Source of the DNA: Gordonia sp. (in: high G+C Gram-positive bacteria)
GTDB lineage: Bacteria; Actinomycetota; Actinomycetes; Mycobacteriales; Mycobacteriaceae
Direction of reading: 5' to 3'
DNA: 64,000 nt
Assembly: GCF_012515855.1 (NCBI RefSeq)
Contig: NZ_JAAYXO010000014.1
Span: forward strand, 4,472-68,471
In this document: in pieces, positions 46,905 through 56,758 of the stretch
How positions within the stretch are numbered: the first letter of the stretch is position 1
Layout of the letters: each line of letters starts with the position of its first letter
Translations under genes and position numbers: made by a program
The notes under the pieces: model-generated
Told to the model about the DNA's origin: nothing
Databases searched by the model: none
The model's input: only the letters and a program-made list of their open reading frames with translations

Positions 46905-49016
46905 TCAGGCCGTCCGGTGGATCACCAAGGGCAGCACCGCTGTCGCACCCGCCTCGCGCAGTTGCGCGGCGGCCAGGGTGACGGGCCACCCGGAACTGGT
47001 CTCGTCGACGACCACGAGCACGTTGCCCGAGACCTGCGGCATCGGCCCGAGGTGGTCGCGCCAGTACGCAGCCTCGGTGGCCCCCGTTTCCTCGCGGCCG
47101 GGGCGCTGTCCGGGCTGAACGGGTAGTGCGTCGCCGTCGCGACGACCGACCTCCCGCAGCTTCTGCGCGAGGGTCGCAGCCAGCCCCCGCCCGGTGAGGT
47201 CGAGCGAGAAGATGAGGTCCGGGCGTACGCCGGACTCGCGTCCCCACCGCGCGACGACGTTGACCGCGGCATCCGCCAATTGATCGGCGACGGCGTCGCC
47301 TGCTTTCGCGGCGTCGAGGACGTCACGCCACTGCGGCGCATCGGCGAACGCGAGGATGCGGCCGGGCTCGGCCATCGCGGCGGGCGGAATGCGCCCGCGC
47401 GTTCCGAACGCACCGCCGGGCCACATCTTCCGGGGTTCGAGTGTCTCGGCATCACGTCGGAGCACGCCGCCGACGGTTCTCACCACCTCGACCTCCGGCG
47501 CTTCGGCGAGGCCGGGGGTGATCTCGCCGCGGCACACCGAGCACTGGCCGCAGTCCTGCGACCGGGGGTCGTCGAGCGACTCGGTGAGCAGCCGCATCAG
47601 GCACTTCTCGCCGCGGATGAACGACCTCATGATGTCGGCCTCGCGCCGTCGAACCGCGAGGACGCCCTCGTAATGCGGGGCGTCGTACGTCCAGGGCTTC
47701 CCGGTGACCAGCCAGCCGTCACTGGTGCGCTCCACCGCGCCGTCGACGGCCAACTGCTTGCACATCAGTTCCACGCGGCCGCGTCGAATGCCGGTCGCCG
47801 ATTCGAGGCCGGGCACGGTCATCGGGCCGTCGGCGTTCGCAAGGGCCTCGAGCAGTCGGTCCATCCGCGCGGGGTCGGGGATGGTGGCCGTCGCGAAGTG
47901 TTCCCAGATGGCGTCGTCGAGTTTCGAGGCGAGCAGCATCACCACGGCCTCGTCGAGCGCACGACCGGCACGACCGACCTGCTGGTAGTACGACACCGGC
48001 GACGGCGGTGCGCCGACGTGAACCACGAAACCGAGGTCGGGTTTGTCGAAGCCCATCCCGAGCGCGGAGGTCGCGATGAGGGCTTTGACCCGGCCGGCCA
48101 GGAGCTCGTCCTCGAGGCGATGACGCTCGTCGGCGGGCAGACCGCCGGTGTACGCGGCCACCGGAAGCTCGTCGCCGTGCACCGCCCGAACGGCCTGGAC
48201 CAGGCGGTCGGCGTCGGCGACGGTGAGGACGTAGACGATGCCGGAGCCCGGAAGCATCGGCAGCTCCTGCGCCACCCAGGCATAGCGCTCCAACGGATCG
48301 AGGCCGTCGATCACGTTCAGGTGCAACGACTTTCGCGCCAGTGGGCCGCGCAGCACCAGGGTCGCGTCGCCGAGTTGCGCGGCGACGTCGGCGGTCACGC
48401 GCTCGTTGGCGGTGGCGGTGGTCGCCAGCACCGACGTCTGCGGGTTCAGCGTCTGCAGGACGTCGGACACGCGGCGATAGTCGGGGCGGAAGTCGTGGCC
48501 CCAGTCGGAGATGGCGTGTGCTTCGTCGATCACCACGAGGCCGAGTCGCCCGGCGAGGGCGTCGAGGACTCGCCGACCGAAACCGGGATTCGCCAGCCGC
48601 TCGGGTGACACCAGCAGCACGTCGAGCGTGCCGTCGAGAAGGTCGTGCTCCACGGCCGACCAGTCGTCGATGTTGGCCGAGTTCACCGTCGCGGCGCGCA
48701 GGCCGCCCCGGGTGGCGGCCGCGACTTGATCGCGCATCAACGACAGCAGGGGTGAAACGATCAGCGTCGGACCGCCGCCCGCGGCCCGGATCACCGCGGT
48801 GGCCGCCCAATACACCGCGGACTTGCCCCAGCCGGTGGCCTGCACGACGAGGACCCGCGCGCCGGGCGAGGCGAGGGCGGCGACCGCCGTCTCCTGATCA
48901 GCGCGCAGGCGCGCGTCGGGCCCGGCGAGCGAGGTGATGACACCGTCGGCGATCTCGCGTTGCCGGGGATCGAGTTCACGAGTCGGTTGCTGCCTGTCGG
49001 GCTGCTGCGTGCTCAT
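46905..49016 (-). CDS. RecQ-family ATP-dependent DNA helicase with a C-terminal PRTase-like domain
   Basis: ATGWGKS, SPERL, IDEAHAISDWGHDFRPDY, ATSALGMGFDKPD, YYQQVGRAGR, Zn motif C..CGQCSVC. Confidence 0.9.
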   Translation of the reverse strand: MSTQQPDRQQPTRELDPRQREIADGVITSLAGPDARLRADQETAVAALASPGARVLVVQATGWGKSAVYWAATAVIRAAGGGPTLIVSPLLSLMRDQVAAATRGGLRAATVNSANIDDWSAVEHDLLDGTLDVLLVSPERLANPGFGRRVLDALAGRLGLVVIDEAHAISDWGHDFRPDYRRVSDVLQTLNPQTSVLATTATANERVTADVAAQLGDATLVLRGPLARKSLHLNVIDGLDPLERYAWVAQELPMLPGSGIVYVLTVADADRLVQAVRAVHGDELPVAAYTGGLPADERHRLEDELLAGRVKALIATSALGMGFDKPDLGFVVHVGAPPSPVSYYQQVGRAGRALDEAVVMLLASKLDDAIWEHFATATIPDPARMDRLLEALANADGPMTVPGLESATGIRRGRVELMCKQLAVDGAVERTSDGWLVTGKPWTYDAPHYEGVLAVRRREADIMRSFIRGEKCLMRLLTESLDDPRSQDCGQCSVCRGEITPGLAEAPEVEVVRTVGGVLRRDAETLEPRKMWPGGAFGTRGRIPPAAMAEPGRILAFADAPQWRDVLDAAKAGDAVADQLADAAVNVVARWGRESGVRPDLIFSLDLTGRGLAATLAQKLREVGRRDGDALPVQPGQRPGREETGATEAAYWRDHLGPMPQVSGNVLVVVDETSSGWPVTLAAAQLREAGATAVLPLVIHRTA

Positions 49017-49057
49017 GCCGACCAATCTATCGGTGCGGTGTGACACCGGCGAACACG

Positions 49058-49087
49058 TTGTCCACAGCGGAACCACAATCATCCACA
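49058..49087 (+). promoter_or_regulatory. Tandem DnaA-box-like array
   Basis: TTGTCCACA (perfect), GGAACCACA (degenerate) and TCATCCACA (one mismatch), spaced 11 and 10 bp. Confidence 0.5.
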
Positions 49088-49116
49088 GGACGGTCTGCGT
49101 GGTCTACGCTTTGCCG

Positions 49117-50334
49117 GTGAGCATAGCGACCAGCCTCCGCCAGATGACCGGACGAGATCCGAATGAAGAGGAACGCGGCGCGAGCGACCTCGAGGTCTTC
49201 TACGACCTCGTCTTCGTGGTCGCATTCTCGATCGCCGGGGTCCAACTCGCCGAGTACCTGGCCGAGGGTCACTACCGAACGGCGATCATCGGGTACGGCA
49301 TCGCGACTTTCGCGGCGGTCTGGGCGTGGATCAACTTCGCGTGGTTCTCGTCGGCGTTCGACACCGACGACTGGGTCTATCGCCTGCTGACCCTGGTGCA
49401 GATGATCGGCGTGGCGATCATCGCGATCGGCATGCCCGCGGTGTTCGAGTCGATCGACGCGGACGAGCACGTCGACATCGCGGTGGTCGTGATCGGCTAC
49501 CTGGTGATGCGCGCGGCGATGATCGTCCAGTGGCTGCGGGCGGCCGCGCAGGCGCGCGAGTACCGCGCCACGGCACTCACCTACGCGCTGATGACCGCGA
49601 TCGCGCAGGTGGGATGGGTGGTGGTGGCAGCGTTGCCGCTGGACCTGATGCCGACCCTCGTCGGCATCGCCGTGTGCATGGCGATCGAACTGCTGGGACC
49701 GGGAATCGCGGAGACGCGTTTCGCGTCGACCCCGTGGCATCCGGGGCACATCGTCGAACGCTATTCGACGCTGGTCGTCATCACCCTCGGCGAGGGCGTC
49801 GTCGGCACCGTCGCCGTGCTGCAGGCCATCATCGGTAACACCGGGTGGAGCGTCGAGACGGCGGCGCTCGGCCTGGCCGCGATGGGCGTCACCTTCGCGA
49901 TGTGGTGGTTGTACTTCGGCCTCGACGTCGGACGTCCGTTGGCGCAGCGACCGGGCCGGTCGTTCGTGTTCGGGTACGGCAGCATGCTGATCGTGGTGAG
50001 TTGCGCCGCGGTCGGCTCGGGCATCCACCTGATCGCGCTGTGGTTGGAGAAGGAGACGGCGATCTCGGAGATCGCGGTGTACGCGGCCATCGCGATCCCG
50101 TTGACGATCTTCTGCCTGGGCACCATCGCGATGTACTACTTCCTGGCCGGCATGGACCGCCGACTGATTCCGCTGGTCTTCGCGAGCATGGTGCCACTGA
50201 TCCTCGGAGCGGTGATCGCCGCGGCGGGCGCCAATCTGTTGGTCGCCGCGATGGTCGGTTGCCTGGCTCCGGTGATGGCGGTCCTGGTGGTGGAGGTCAG
50301 TGTTCGGCTCGCCGTTCCGAGAAGCAGTCGCTGA
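49117..50334 (+). CDS. ltrA: Low temperature requirement protein A family membrane protein
   Basis: LEVFYDLVFVVA, WAWINFAW, FDTDD, HIVERY.TLVVITLGE, WWLYF; TACGCT -10 six nt before the GTG. Confidence 0.88.
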   Translation: MSIATSLRQMTGRDPNEEERGASDLEVFYDLVFVVAFSIAGVQLAEYLAEGHYRTAIIGYGIATFAAVWAWINFAWFSSAFDTDDWVYRLLTLVQMIGVAIIAIGMPAVFESIDADEHVDIAVVVIGYLVMRAAMIVQWLRAAAQAREYRATALTYALMTAIAQVGWVVVAALPLDLMPTLVGIAVCMAIELLGPGIAETRFASTPWHPGHIVERYSTLVVITLGEGVVGTVAVLQAIIGNTGWSVETAALGLAAMGVTFAMWWLYFGLDVGRPLAQRPGRSFVFGYGSMLIVVSCAAVGSGIHLIALWLEKETAISEIAVYAAIAIPLTIFCLGTIAMYYFLAGMDRRLIPLVFASMVPLILGAVIAAAGANLLVAAMVGCLAPVMAVLVVEVSVRLAVPRSSR

Positions 50335-50384
50335 ACCACCGCCCGTGAGGTGAAACCGGGTGCGGACCCACTACGCTGAACGAC

Positions 50385-51638
50385 GTGCGCGTACTCGTGA
50401 TCGGCTCGGGCGGCCGCGAACATGCCCTCCTCCTCGGACTCAAGCGTGACCCGTCGGTGACGGAACTCCACGCGGCACCAGGCAATGCCGGAACCGCGGC
50501 GTTGGCGACCAACCATGCCGTCGACGTCGCGTCGGCCGCCGCTGTGGTGGCGCTGGCGAAGGAAGTCGCCGCCGATCTGGTGGTGATCGGACCCGAGGTC
50601 CCGCTGGTCCTCGGCGTCGCCGATGCGCTGCGCGAAGCCGGAATCGACACCTTCGGGCCGGGTGCCCAGGCGGCTCAGATCGAGGGCTCCAAGGCCTTCG
50701 CCAAGGACGTCATGGCCGCCGCGGGCGTACGGACCGCGCGCGCCGAGATCGTCGACAATCCCGCCGAACTCGATGCTGCGCTCGACCGCTTCGGTCCCAC
50801 TTGGGTGGTCAAGGACGACGGCCTGGCCGCGGGCAAGGGTGTCGTCGTGACCCCCGACCGCGCCGCGGCTCGCGCGCACGCCGCGGACTGTCTCGAGAAC
50901 GGGCACCCGGTGCTGCTCGAGAGCTTCCTGTCCGGACCCGAGGTCTCGCTGTTCTGCCTGGTGGACGGCGACACCGTGGTACCGCTCCTGCCCGCGCAGG
51001 ACCACAAGCGCGTCGGCGACGGCGACGCAGGACCCAACACCGGCGGCATGGGGGCCTACACGCCGCTGCCGTGGCTGCCGCAGCAGATGGTCGACCGCAT
51101 CGTCGACGAGGTCTGCAAGCCGGTCGCAGCCGAACTGGTCAAGCGCGGCACGCCGTTCAACGGGCTGCTCTACGCCGGCCTGGCGATCGACGACGAGGGG
51201 CCGGCCGTCGTCGAGTTCAACTGCCGCTTCGGCGACCCGGAGACCCAGGGCGTCCTGGAACTCCTCCAGACCCCGCTCGGCACGGCGCTGGCGGCCACCG
51301 CCCGCGGCACCCTGGCCGATCTCCCCGCGCTGCAGTGGTACGACGGCGCCGCCGTGGTGGTCGTGCTGGCCGCCGAGAACTACCCGGGTCGGCCGCGCAC
51401 CGGCGACCCGATCGCCGGTGCGGGAGGCGAGGGCGTGCTCCACGCGGGCACCGCACTGAACGAGAAGGGCGAGGTGGTCTCGTCCGGAGGCCGCGTGCTG
51501 TCGATCGTGGGTCGCGGTGCCGACCTGAAGGCCGCCCGCGCCCAGGCATATGAGCGGTTGGCCGGCGTGAAGCTGACCGGCTCGCACTTCCGCACCGACA
51601 TCGGCAAGGCAGCCGAAGAAGGTCGCATCAGTCTGTAG
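50385..51638 (+). CDS. purD: Phosphoribosylamine-glycine ligase
   Basis: [60 protein letters not shown]. Confidence 0.97.
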   Translation: MRVLVIGSGGREHALLLGLKRDPSVTELHAAPGNAGTAALATNHAVDVASAAAVVALAKEVAADLVVIGPEVPLVLGVADALREAGIDTFGPGAQAAQIEGSKAFAKDVMAAAGVRTARAEIVDNPAELDAALDRFGPTWVVKDDGLAAGKGVVVTPDRAAARAHAADCLENGHPVLLESFLSGPEVSLFCLVDGDTVVPLLPAQDHKRVGDGDAGPNTGGMGAYTPLPWLPQQMVDRIVDEVCKPVAAELVKRGTPFNGLLYAGLAIDDEGPAVVEFNCRFGDPETQGVLELLQTPLGTALAATARGTLADLPALQWYDGAAVVVVLAAENYPGRPRTGDPIAGAGGEGVLHAGTALNEKGEVVSSGGRVLSIVGRGADLKAARAQAYERLAGVKLTGSHFRTDIGKAAEEGRISL

Positions 51639-51651
51639 TCACCCCGTTCGC

Positions 51652-51689
51652 TGACCCCGGCATCGTTCGAATGAATGACGCCGGGGTCA
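51652..51689 (+). terminator. Hairpin after purD
   Basis: TGACCCCGGC / GCCGGGGTCA arms. Confidence 0.65.
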
Positions 51690-51762
51690 CGCGTCTGTGG
51701 TCCCGCGCGATCTAACCCATAGGTCGGGCGAGATCACGACAGCGAAGTGTGGGAGACGAAGA

Positions 51763-52464
51763 ATGAGGAATCAGAACGCAACGCGCGCCGTCGTCGCAGC
51801 AGCGGCCCTCGGCTTGATACTCACCGGGTGCAGCAGCCCCGGGGACGACCAGGTGGCCCAGCCGTCGTCGGAGGTGTCACAGGTGCCGCGACCGTCGACA
51901 CAGGGGCGAGCTCCGACGTCGGTGGACGCACAGCCGACAGTGGCACCGCAGACGGTCACGACCGTCGAGTCCGGTCCGGCGGCGACTCCGCAGACCGAGC
52001 CGGCGCCCGAGGCGACGCCGGCGCCGGCGACCGAGTCCAAGCGGCCCGGCAGCGGCCACGGTCTCTGCTTCGATCTGAACACCAAGCTCTCGCAGGACGC
52101 AATCGCGTCGATCGGCACCGACTCGAACGGCGGCGAGTGGCGGATCGTCGGTGCGAGCAACAATCCGCTGTCCGGCGGATGCGGCCTGGACTATCTCCTC
52201 GTCAACGGCAGCGGCTTCAACGATGCGACGTACACCTCGCGCGTGCTGCTGTTCGGCAACGGGAAGTACCTGGGAACGGTTGAACCCCACGAGCTCTCGT
52301 ACACGTCGATCGCCGGGTCCACGCTGAACTCGGTGACTGTTCGGTACCGCTGGCTGCGCGAGAACGACGCGTTCTGCTGCCCGCAGGGCGGCCCCACCGA
52401 AGTGACGGTGACGCTCTCCGGCGACCAGTTGATTCGCACCGGGCAGTTCCCGCCCGAGCAGTAG
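51763..52464 (+). CDS. LppP/LprE-family lipoprotein
   Basis: Lipobox LTG-C, Pro/Thr linker, VLLFGNGKYLG, VTVRYRW...FCCPQG. Confidence 0.8.
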   Translation: MRNQNATRAVVAAAALGLILTGCSSPGDDQVAQPSSEVSQVPRPSTQGRAPTSVDAQPTVAPQTVTTVESGPAATPQTEPAPEATPAPATESKRPGSGHGLCFDLNTKLSQDAIASIGTDSNGGEWRIVGASNNPLSGGCGLDYLLVNGSGFNDATYTSRVLLFGNGKYLGTVEPHELSYTSIAGSTLNSVTVRYRWLRENDAFCCPQGGPTEVTVTLSGDQLIRTGQFPPEQ

Positions 52465-52465
52465 C

Positions 52466-53425
52466 TCAGCGAGCCAGGTTTCGTCCGAGGAACTCGATCT
52501 GCTCCGGCAGCACCGACCGCCAGAAGCGGTTGGTGTGCCCACCGGGCGTCGTAGAGAAGGCGGCCGGCGGATGGAGGTCGGCCGCCCATTGACGGGTGTA
52601 GGTGTAGAACTGATCGGCCATGCCGATCGAGAGCAGCACGGGAATCTTGCTGAACGCGCTCTGCTGCCCGAACAGGGAGTTCGCCTGGTAGTCGAAGTAG
52701 GAGTCGAAGGCGCGGGGCGGGAAGTTGTTGGGGTCGCCCCACATGGCGGGCGAGCTCGCCGCGATGGCCGCAACGCGCGGCGCGCCGATCAAGGCTCCGA
52801 TGCGCAGGGCGCCGTAGCCGCCCATCGACCAGCCGTACAGGCCGATCCGGTCGGTGCGGAGGTTGAGTTCTTCGCTCTTGTCGAGCATCGGAATGAACTC
52901 GTCGATGATCATCGCCGCGCCGTCGGCGCCGTCGGTGCGCGCGTGGAAGTAATTGCGACCGACGTCGACGCTCGCCACCGCGAACGGAGGATTGCCTGCG
53001 TCGACGTACTGCTGGACCACGCCCTGGATGTTGAGGCCCTTGCCGAAGATGCTGCGCTCGTTGGTGTTCAGCGCGTGCGCGACGATCACCACCGGAAGCT
53101 CGCCGGTGACACCGTTGGGGCGGGACATGGCCCACTTGGTCTCCCGGCCCGCCATCTTCTGGGAGATGAAGCTGCCGGTGACGACCGGCGGGTCGTTCGG
53201 AATCTCCGGCGGGGCGGTCTCGGGCGGGAGGAGATCGTCGCCGCCGATGTTGGCCGCTTCTTCGGGGACGAGGGTCTCGGGCTGGGTGCAGGCGGCGATG
53301 CCGCCGAGTGCGGCCAGTCCCGCGACACCGCCGAGAACAGTGCGACGAGACAGTAGACGCCGCGACGTCGCCGATTCGTCGGTGGTCGTCGCGGCGCTGT
53401 TGGGAATGCGATCGCTGGAAGCCAT
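52466..53425 (-). CDS. Tat-exported esterase lipoprotein (Rv0774c-like)
   Basis: SRRTVL Tat motif, IAA-C lipobox, GWSMGGYG, TPGGHT. Confidence 0.8.
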   Translation of the reverse strand: MASSDRIPNSAATTTDESATSRRLLSRRTVLGGVAGLAALGGIAACTQPETLVPEEAANIGGDDLLPPETAPPEIPNDPPVVTGSFISQKMAGRETKWAMSRPNGVTGELPVVIVAHALNTNERSIFGKGLNIQGVVQQYVDAGNPPFAVASVDVGRNYFHARTDGADGAAMIIDEFIPMLDKSEELNLRTDRIGLYGWSMGGYGALRIGALIGAPRVAAIAASSPAMWGDPNNFPPRAFDSYFDYQANSLFGQQSAFSKIPVLLSIGMADQFYTYTRQWAADLHPPAAFSTTPGGHTNRFWRSVLPEQIEFLGRNLAR

Positions 53426-53503
53426 TTCGGGACTGAAGTCTACCTGGTGTCCCCGGGCTGCCATGCCGTCTGATCGGGCGCAGTCTGCCCGATGTCGGCT
53501 AAA

Positions 53504-53641
53504 TCACGCAGACGCGAGGCGGGGGTCGGCGCAGGTGCAGCGCTGCTCGGCGGGCACCGGGCCCATGACCTCGGCGACATGCTCACCGCAGCCGTCCCAG
53601 GTGGTCTTTCCGCAGGTTGCGCAGGTGATCGGGAAGCACAT
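53504..53641 (-). CDS. Unannotated 45-aa Cys-rich protein, MCFPITCATCGKTTWDGCGEHVAEVMGPVPAEQRCTCADPRLASA
   Basis: Hand translation; GAAAGAG RBS; six Cys and one His; high-GC3 codons; followed by a hairpin near 53473-53493. Confidence 0.8.
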   Translation of the reverse strand: MCFPITCATCGKTTWDGCGEHVAEVMGPVPAEQRCTCADPRLASA

Positions 53642-53730
53642 GATGTGGTCTCTTTCTGTCTGAATAGTTGGGCGGCGACCGGAGTCGGCCGGGGTTTCGT
53701 CAGCTCAGGAGGTTGTCAGCCCAGGAGTTG

Positions 53731-54126
53731 TCAGCCGAGGGAGTTGACGGCGGCGGTCAGCTTCGCGGTGGCCTGGTCGGCGACGGCCTGCAGTCCGGGG
53801 TTGTCGGCGACGGTCACCATCAGTTCGGGATTCATCGCCTCGACGATGCTGCGGCCGGGGTTGTCGGCATCGCTGCGGACGACGACGTTGCAGGGCAGCA
53901 GCAGCCCGATCTGGCGGTCGACGTTGACCGCGCTGTGTGCGAGCGGGGGATTGCAGGCGCCGAGGATCACGTAGTCCTCGATCTCGGCACCGATCTTCGC
54001 CTTCAGGGTGGCGGCCATGTCGATCTCGGTGAGGATTCCGAAGCCCTGCTCGGAGAGCGCGGCGCGGGTGCGCTCGATCGCTTCGGCGATGGGGGCGTCG
54101 ACGGTGGTGCTGATGGCGAGGTTCAT
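53731..54126 (-). CDS. DUF302-family protein
   Basis: QGFGILTEID, YVILGACNPPLA, IGLLLPCNVVV. Confidence 0.92.
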   Translation of the reverse strand: MNLAISTTVDAPIAEAIERTRAALSEQGFGILTEIDMAATLKAKIGAEIEDYVILGACNPPLAHSAVNVDRQIGLLLPCNVVVRSDADNPGRSIVEAMNPELMVTVADNPGLQAVADQATAKLTAAVNSLG

Positions 54127-54163
54127 GTCGTCTCCTTTGGCGGCGAGTCAGTGGGAAATCGGG

Positions 54164-54460
<297 letters not shown>

Positions 54461-54462
54461 CT

Positions 54463-54478
54463 ATACCCCTAGGGGTAT
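54463..54478. promoter_or_regulatory. CsoR/CstR-type operator overlapping the -10 box
   Basis: Perfect palindrome ATACCCCTAGGGGTAT; minus-strand TATAGT -10 at 54465-54460. Confidence 0.88.
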
Positions 54479-54533
54479 CTTACGTGCAGTGTCGTTTCCT
54501 GTGATCGACGTCGTGGCACTACACTTTGCAGGC

Positions 54534-55961
54534 GTGGGTAAACCTGCTATCAGCAATGTCCTGGCCAATCGCTACGCATCCGCGGACCTCGCGGAGATCT
54601 GGTCGCCGCGCAACAAGATCGCTCTGGAGCGTCGACTCTGGATCGCGGTCATGAAGGCGCAGCGAGACCTCGGTATCGAGGTTCCCGCCGACGCGATCGC
54701 CGACTACGAGCGAGTGGTCGACGAGATCGACCTCGACGCGATCGCCGATCGCGAGCGGATCACGCGCCACGACGTCAAGGCGCGCATCGAGGAGTTCAAC
54801 GACCGCGCGGGTCACGAGCAGATCCACAAGGGCATGACCAGCCGCGACCTCACCGAGAACGTCGAGCAGCTCCAGGTACTCCTCTCGCTGGCCCACGTCC
54901 GCAATCACGGCGTCGCCACGCTCGCGCGGATCACCGAACGCGCAGCGCAGTACTCGTCGATCGTGATGGCCGGACGCAGTCACAACGTCGCCGCGCAGTC
55001 GACCACCCTCGGCAAGCGCTTCGCGTCGGCCGCCGACGAGCTCATGCTGGCGCTCACTCGCCTCGACGAGCTCATCGCCCGCTACCCCCTGCGCGGCATC
55101 AAGGGGCCGATGGGCACCAGCCAGGACATGCTCGATCTCCTCGACGGCGACGCCGACAAGCTCGCCGAGCTCGAGACCAAGATCGCCACGCACCTCGGCT
55201 TCGCCAACGCCTTCACCTCCGTGGGGCAGGTGTACCCGCGGTCGCTGGACTACGACGTCGTCTCGGCGCTGGTCCAGGTGGCGGCAGGACCGTCGTCGCT
55301 GGCGACCACCATCCGCTTGATGGCGGGCCACGAGCTGGTGACCGAAGGCTTCCAGCCCGGCCAGGTCGGCAGCTCGGCGATGCCGCACAAGATGAACACC
55401 CGCAGCTGCGAGCGCGTCAACGGCCTCGCCGTGATCCTCCGCGGCTACGCGTCGATGACGGGCGAGCTGGCCGGTGCGCAGTGGAACGAGGGTGACGTCT
55501 TCTGCTCGGTGGTCCGGCGCGTGGCGCTGCCCGACGCGTTCTTCGCCATCGACGGCCTGATGGAGACCTTCCTGACCGTGCTCGCCGAGTTCGGCGCGTA
55601 CCCGGCCGTGATCGGCAACGAGCTCGACCGCTACCTGCCGTTCCTGGCCACCACCAAGGTGCTCATGGCCTCGGTGCGGGCGGGCGTCGGTCGCGAGACC
55701 GCCCACGAGGCCATCAAGGAGAACGCCGTCGCCGTCGCCCTCGCGATGCGTGAGGAGGGCCGCGAGCCGGACCTGCTCGATCGCCTGGCCGCCGACGACC
55801 GCATCCCGCTCGACCGTGCGCAGCTCGATGCGCTCATCGCCGACAAGTCGGCGTTCGTCGGCGCCGCGGAGGCACAGGTCGCGCAGGTGCTCGCCCAGGC
55901 TGCTGCGTGGACCGAGAAGTACCCCGAGGCCGCGGCGTACGCGCCGGCCCCGATTCTTTAG
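54534..55961 (+). CDS. purB: Adenylosuccinate lyase
   Basis: RHDVKA, IHKGMTSRD, GSSAMPHKMN signature. Confidence 0.96.
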   Translation: MGKPAISNVLANRYASADLAEIWSPRNKIALERRLWIAVMKAQRDLGIEVPADAIADYERVVDEIDLDAIADRERITRHDVKARIEEFNDRAGHEQIHKGMTSRDLTENVEQLQVLLSLAHVRNHGVATLARITERAAQYSSIVMAGRSHNVAAQSTTLGKRFASAADELMLALTRLDELIARYPLRGIKGPMGTSQDMLDLLDGDADKLAELETKIATHLGFANAFTSVGQVYPRSLDYDVVSALVQVAAGPSSLATTIRLMAGHELVTEGFQPGQVGSSAMPHKMNTRSCERVNGLAVILRGYASMTGELAGAQWNEGDVFCSVVRRVALPDAFFAIDGLMETFLTVLAEFGAYPAVIGNELDRYLPFLATTKVLMASVRAGVGRETAHEAIKENAVAVALAMREEGREPDLLDRLAADDRIPLDRAQLDALIADKSAFVGAAEAQVAQVLAQAAAWTEKYPEAAAYAPAPIL

Positions 55962-56253
55962 GAGCGTCGCTGGTTGATCACGCTGGGTCCGTCGGAGACT
56001 TCTTCGGTGTGACCAATCGATGCTGTCGGGTCGTCAAAATCTGTAATTGAGTCGCGTGAAGAACGGAACGCCATCGGTTCTGGCAATGCGGTTGTGGCGA
56101 GGCGGCTCCGACGAATTCGATCGGTATTCGGCCTTCTTCACTGGTGTCTGAATTCGGCTCTTTGCATGACTGCGCGAGCGTCGGACGGTGGATACGCTTG
56201 CAGGATCTTGCGGAGGAATGGCCTGCGCACGGCGAAATCAAAGGCGGATTGGA

Positions 56254-56676
56254 ATGATCAGAAGGCGGATTCTGGCAGTGCTTTTGGCTGTCGGTATGGC
56301 GATTTCGCTAGGTGCATTTGGTGTCAGTGGCAAGGCGGAGGCGGCCACCTATGCTTATGTGTATATCTCCTTCCCGACCTGGATGGGGAACTGTCCGGGC
56401 GGTGGATCCGTCCGCGCTATCAATGGCAGCGTGACCGGTCAGAATACCCCCAATTCGTGGAATCTGAACGAATGGGACATGGGTGATGATCTCATTTACG
56501 CGCGCGTCGCTTTGAAGAAGCCCAATAAGGTCAGCGTGGGGGTTTGGTGCGGCAAGGCTGCGCGGTCGCGGCCGGGGATCCTAGCTCGAGCAGCTCACAG
56601 TGTGTCGAATACCATCACGCCCACGCGAGCGAATCAGACAGTCTGGGTTGGAAATCGTGGAGTTCGCTACAACTGA
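56254..56676 (+). CDS. Low-GC orphan secreted protein, 140 aa
   Basis: Signal peptide MIRRRILAVLLAVGMAISLGAFGVSGKAEA with an AEA cleavage site; two Cys; A/T-ending codons unlike the flanking genes. Confidence 0.7.
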   Translation: MIRRRILAVLLAVGMAISLGAFGVSGKAEAATYAYVYISFPTWMGNCPGGGSVRAINGSVTGQNTPNSWNLNEWDMGDDLIYARVALKKPNKVSVGVWCGKAARSRPGILARAAHSVSNTITPTRANQTVWVGNRGVRYN

Positions 56677-56693
56677 TTCGAGCCGATCACGTT

Positions 56694-56719
56694 GAGGGTG
56701 TGGTGTCTGGCCACACCTC
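56694..56719 (+). terminator. Hairpin after the orphan gene
   Basis: GAGGGTGTGG / CCACACCTC arms. Confidence 0.5.
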
Positions 56720-56758
56720 CACGCGATCCCGGTACTGAATCTCTATAGAATAGTCGGC

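Noticed and set aside
55978-56241. 87-aa minus-strand ORF as a partner or immunity gene of the orphan secreted protein
   Set aside because: No clear RBS or motif, and composition is unremarkable; treated as promoter DNA.
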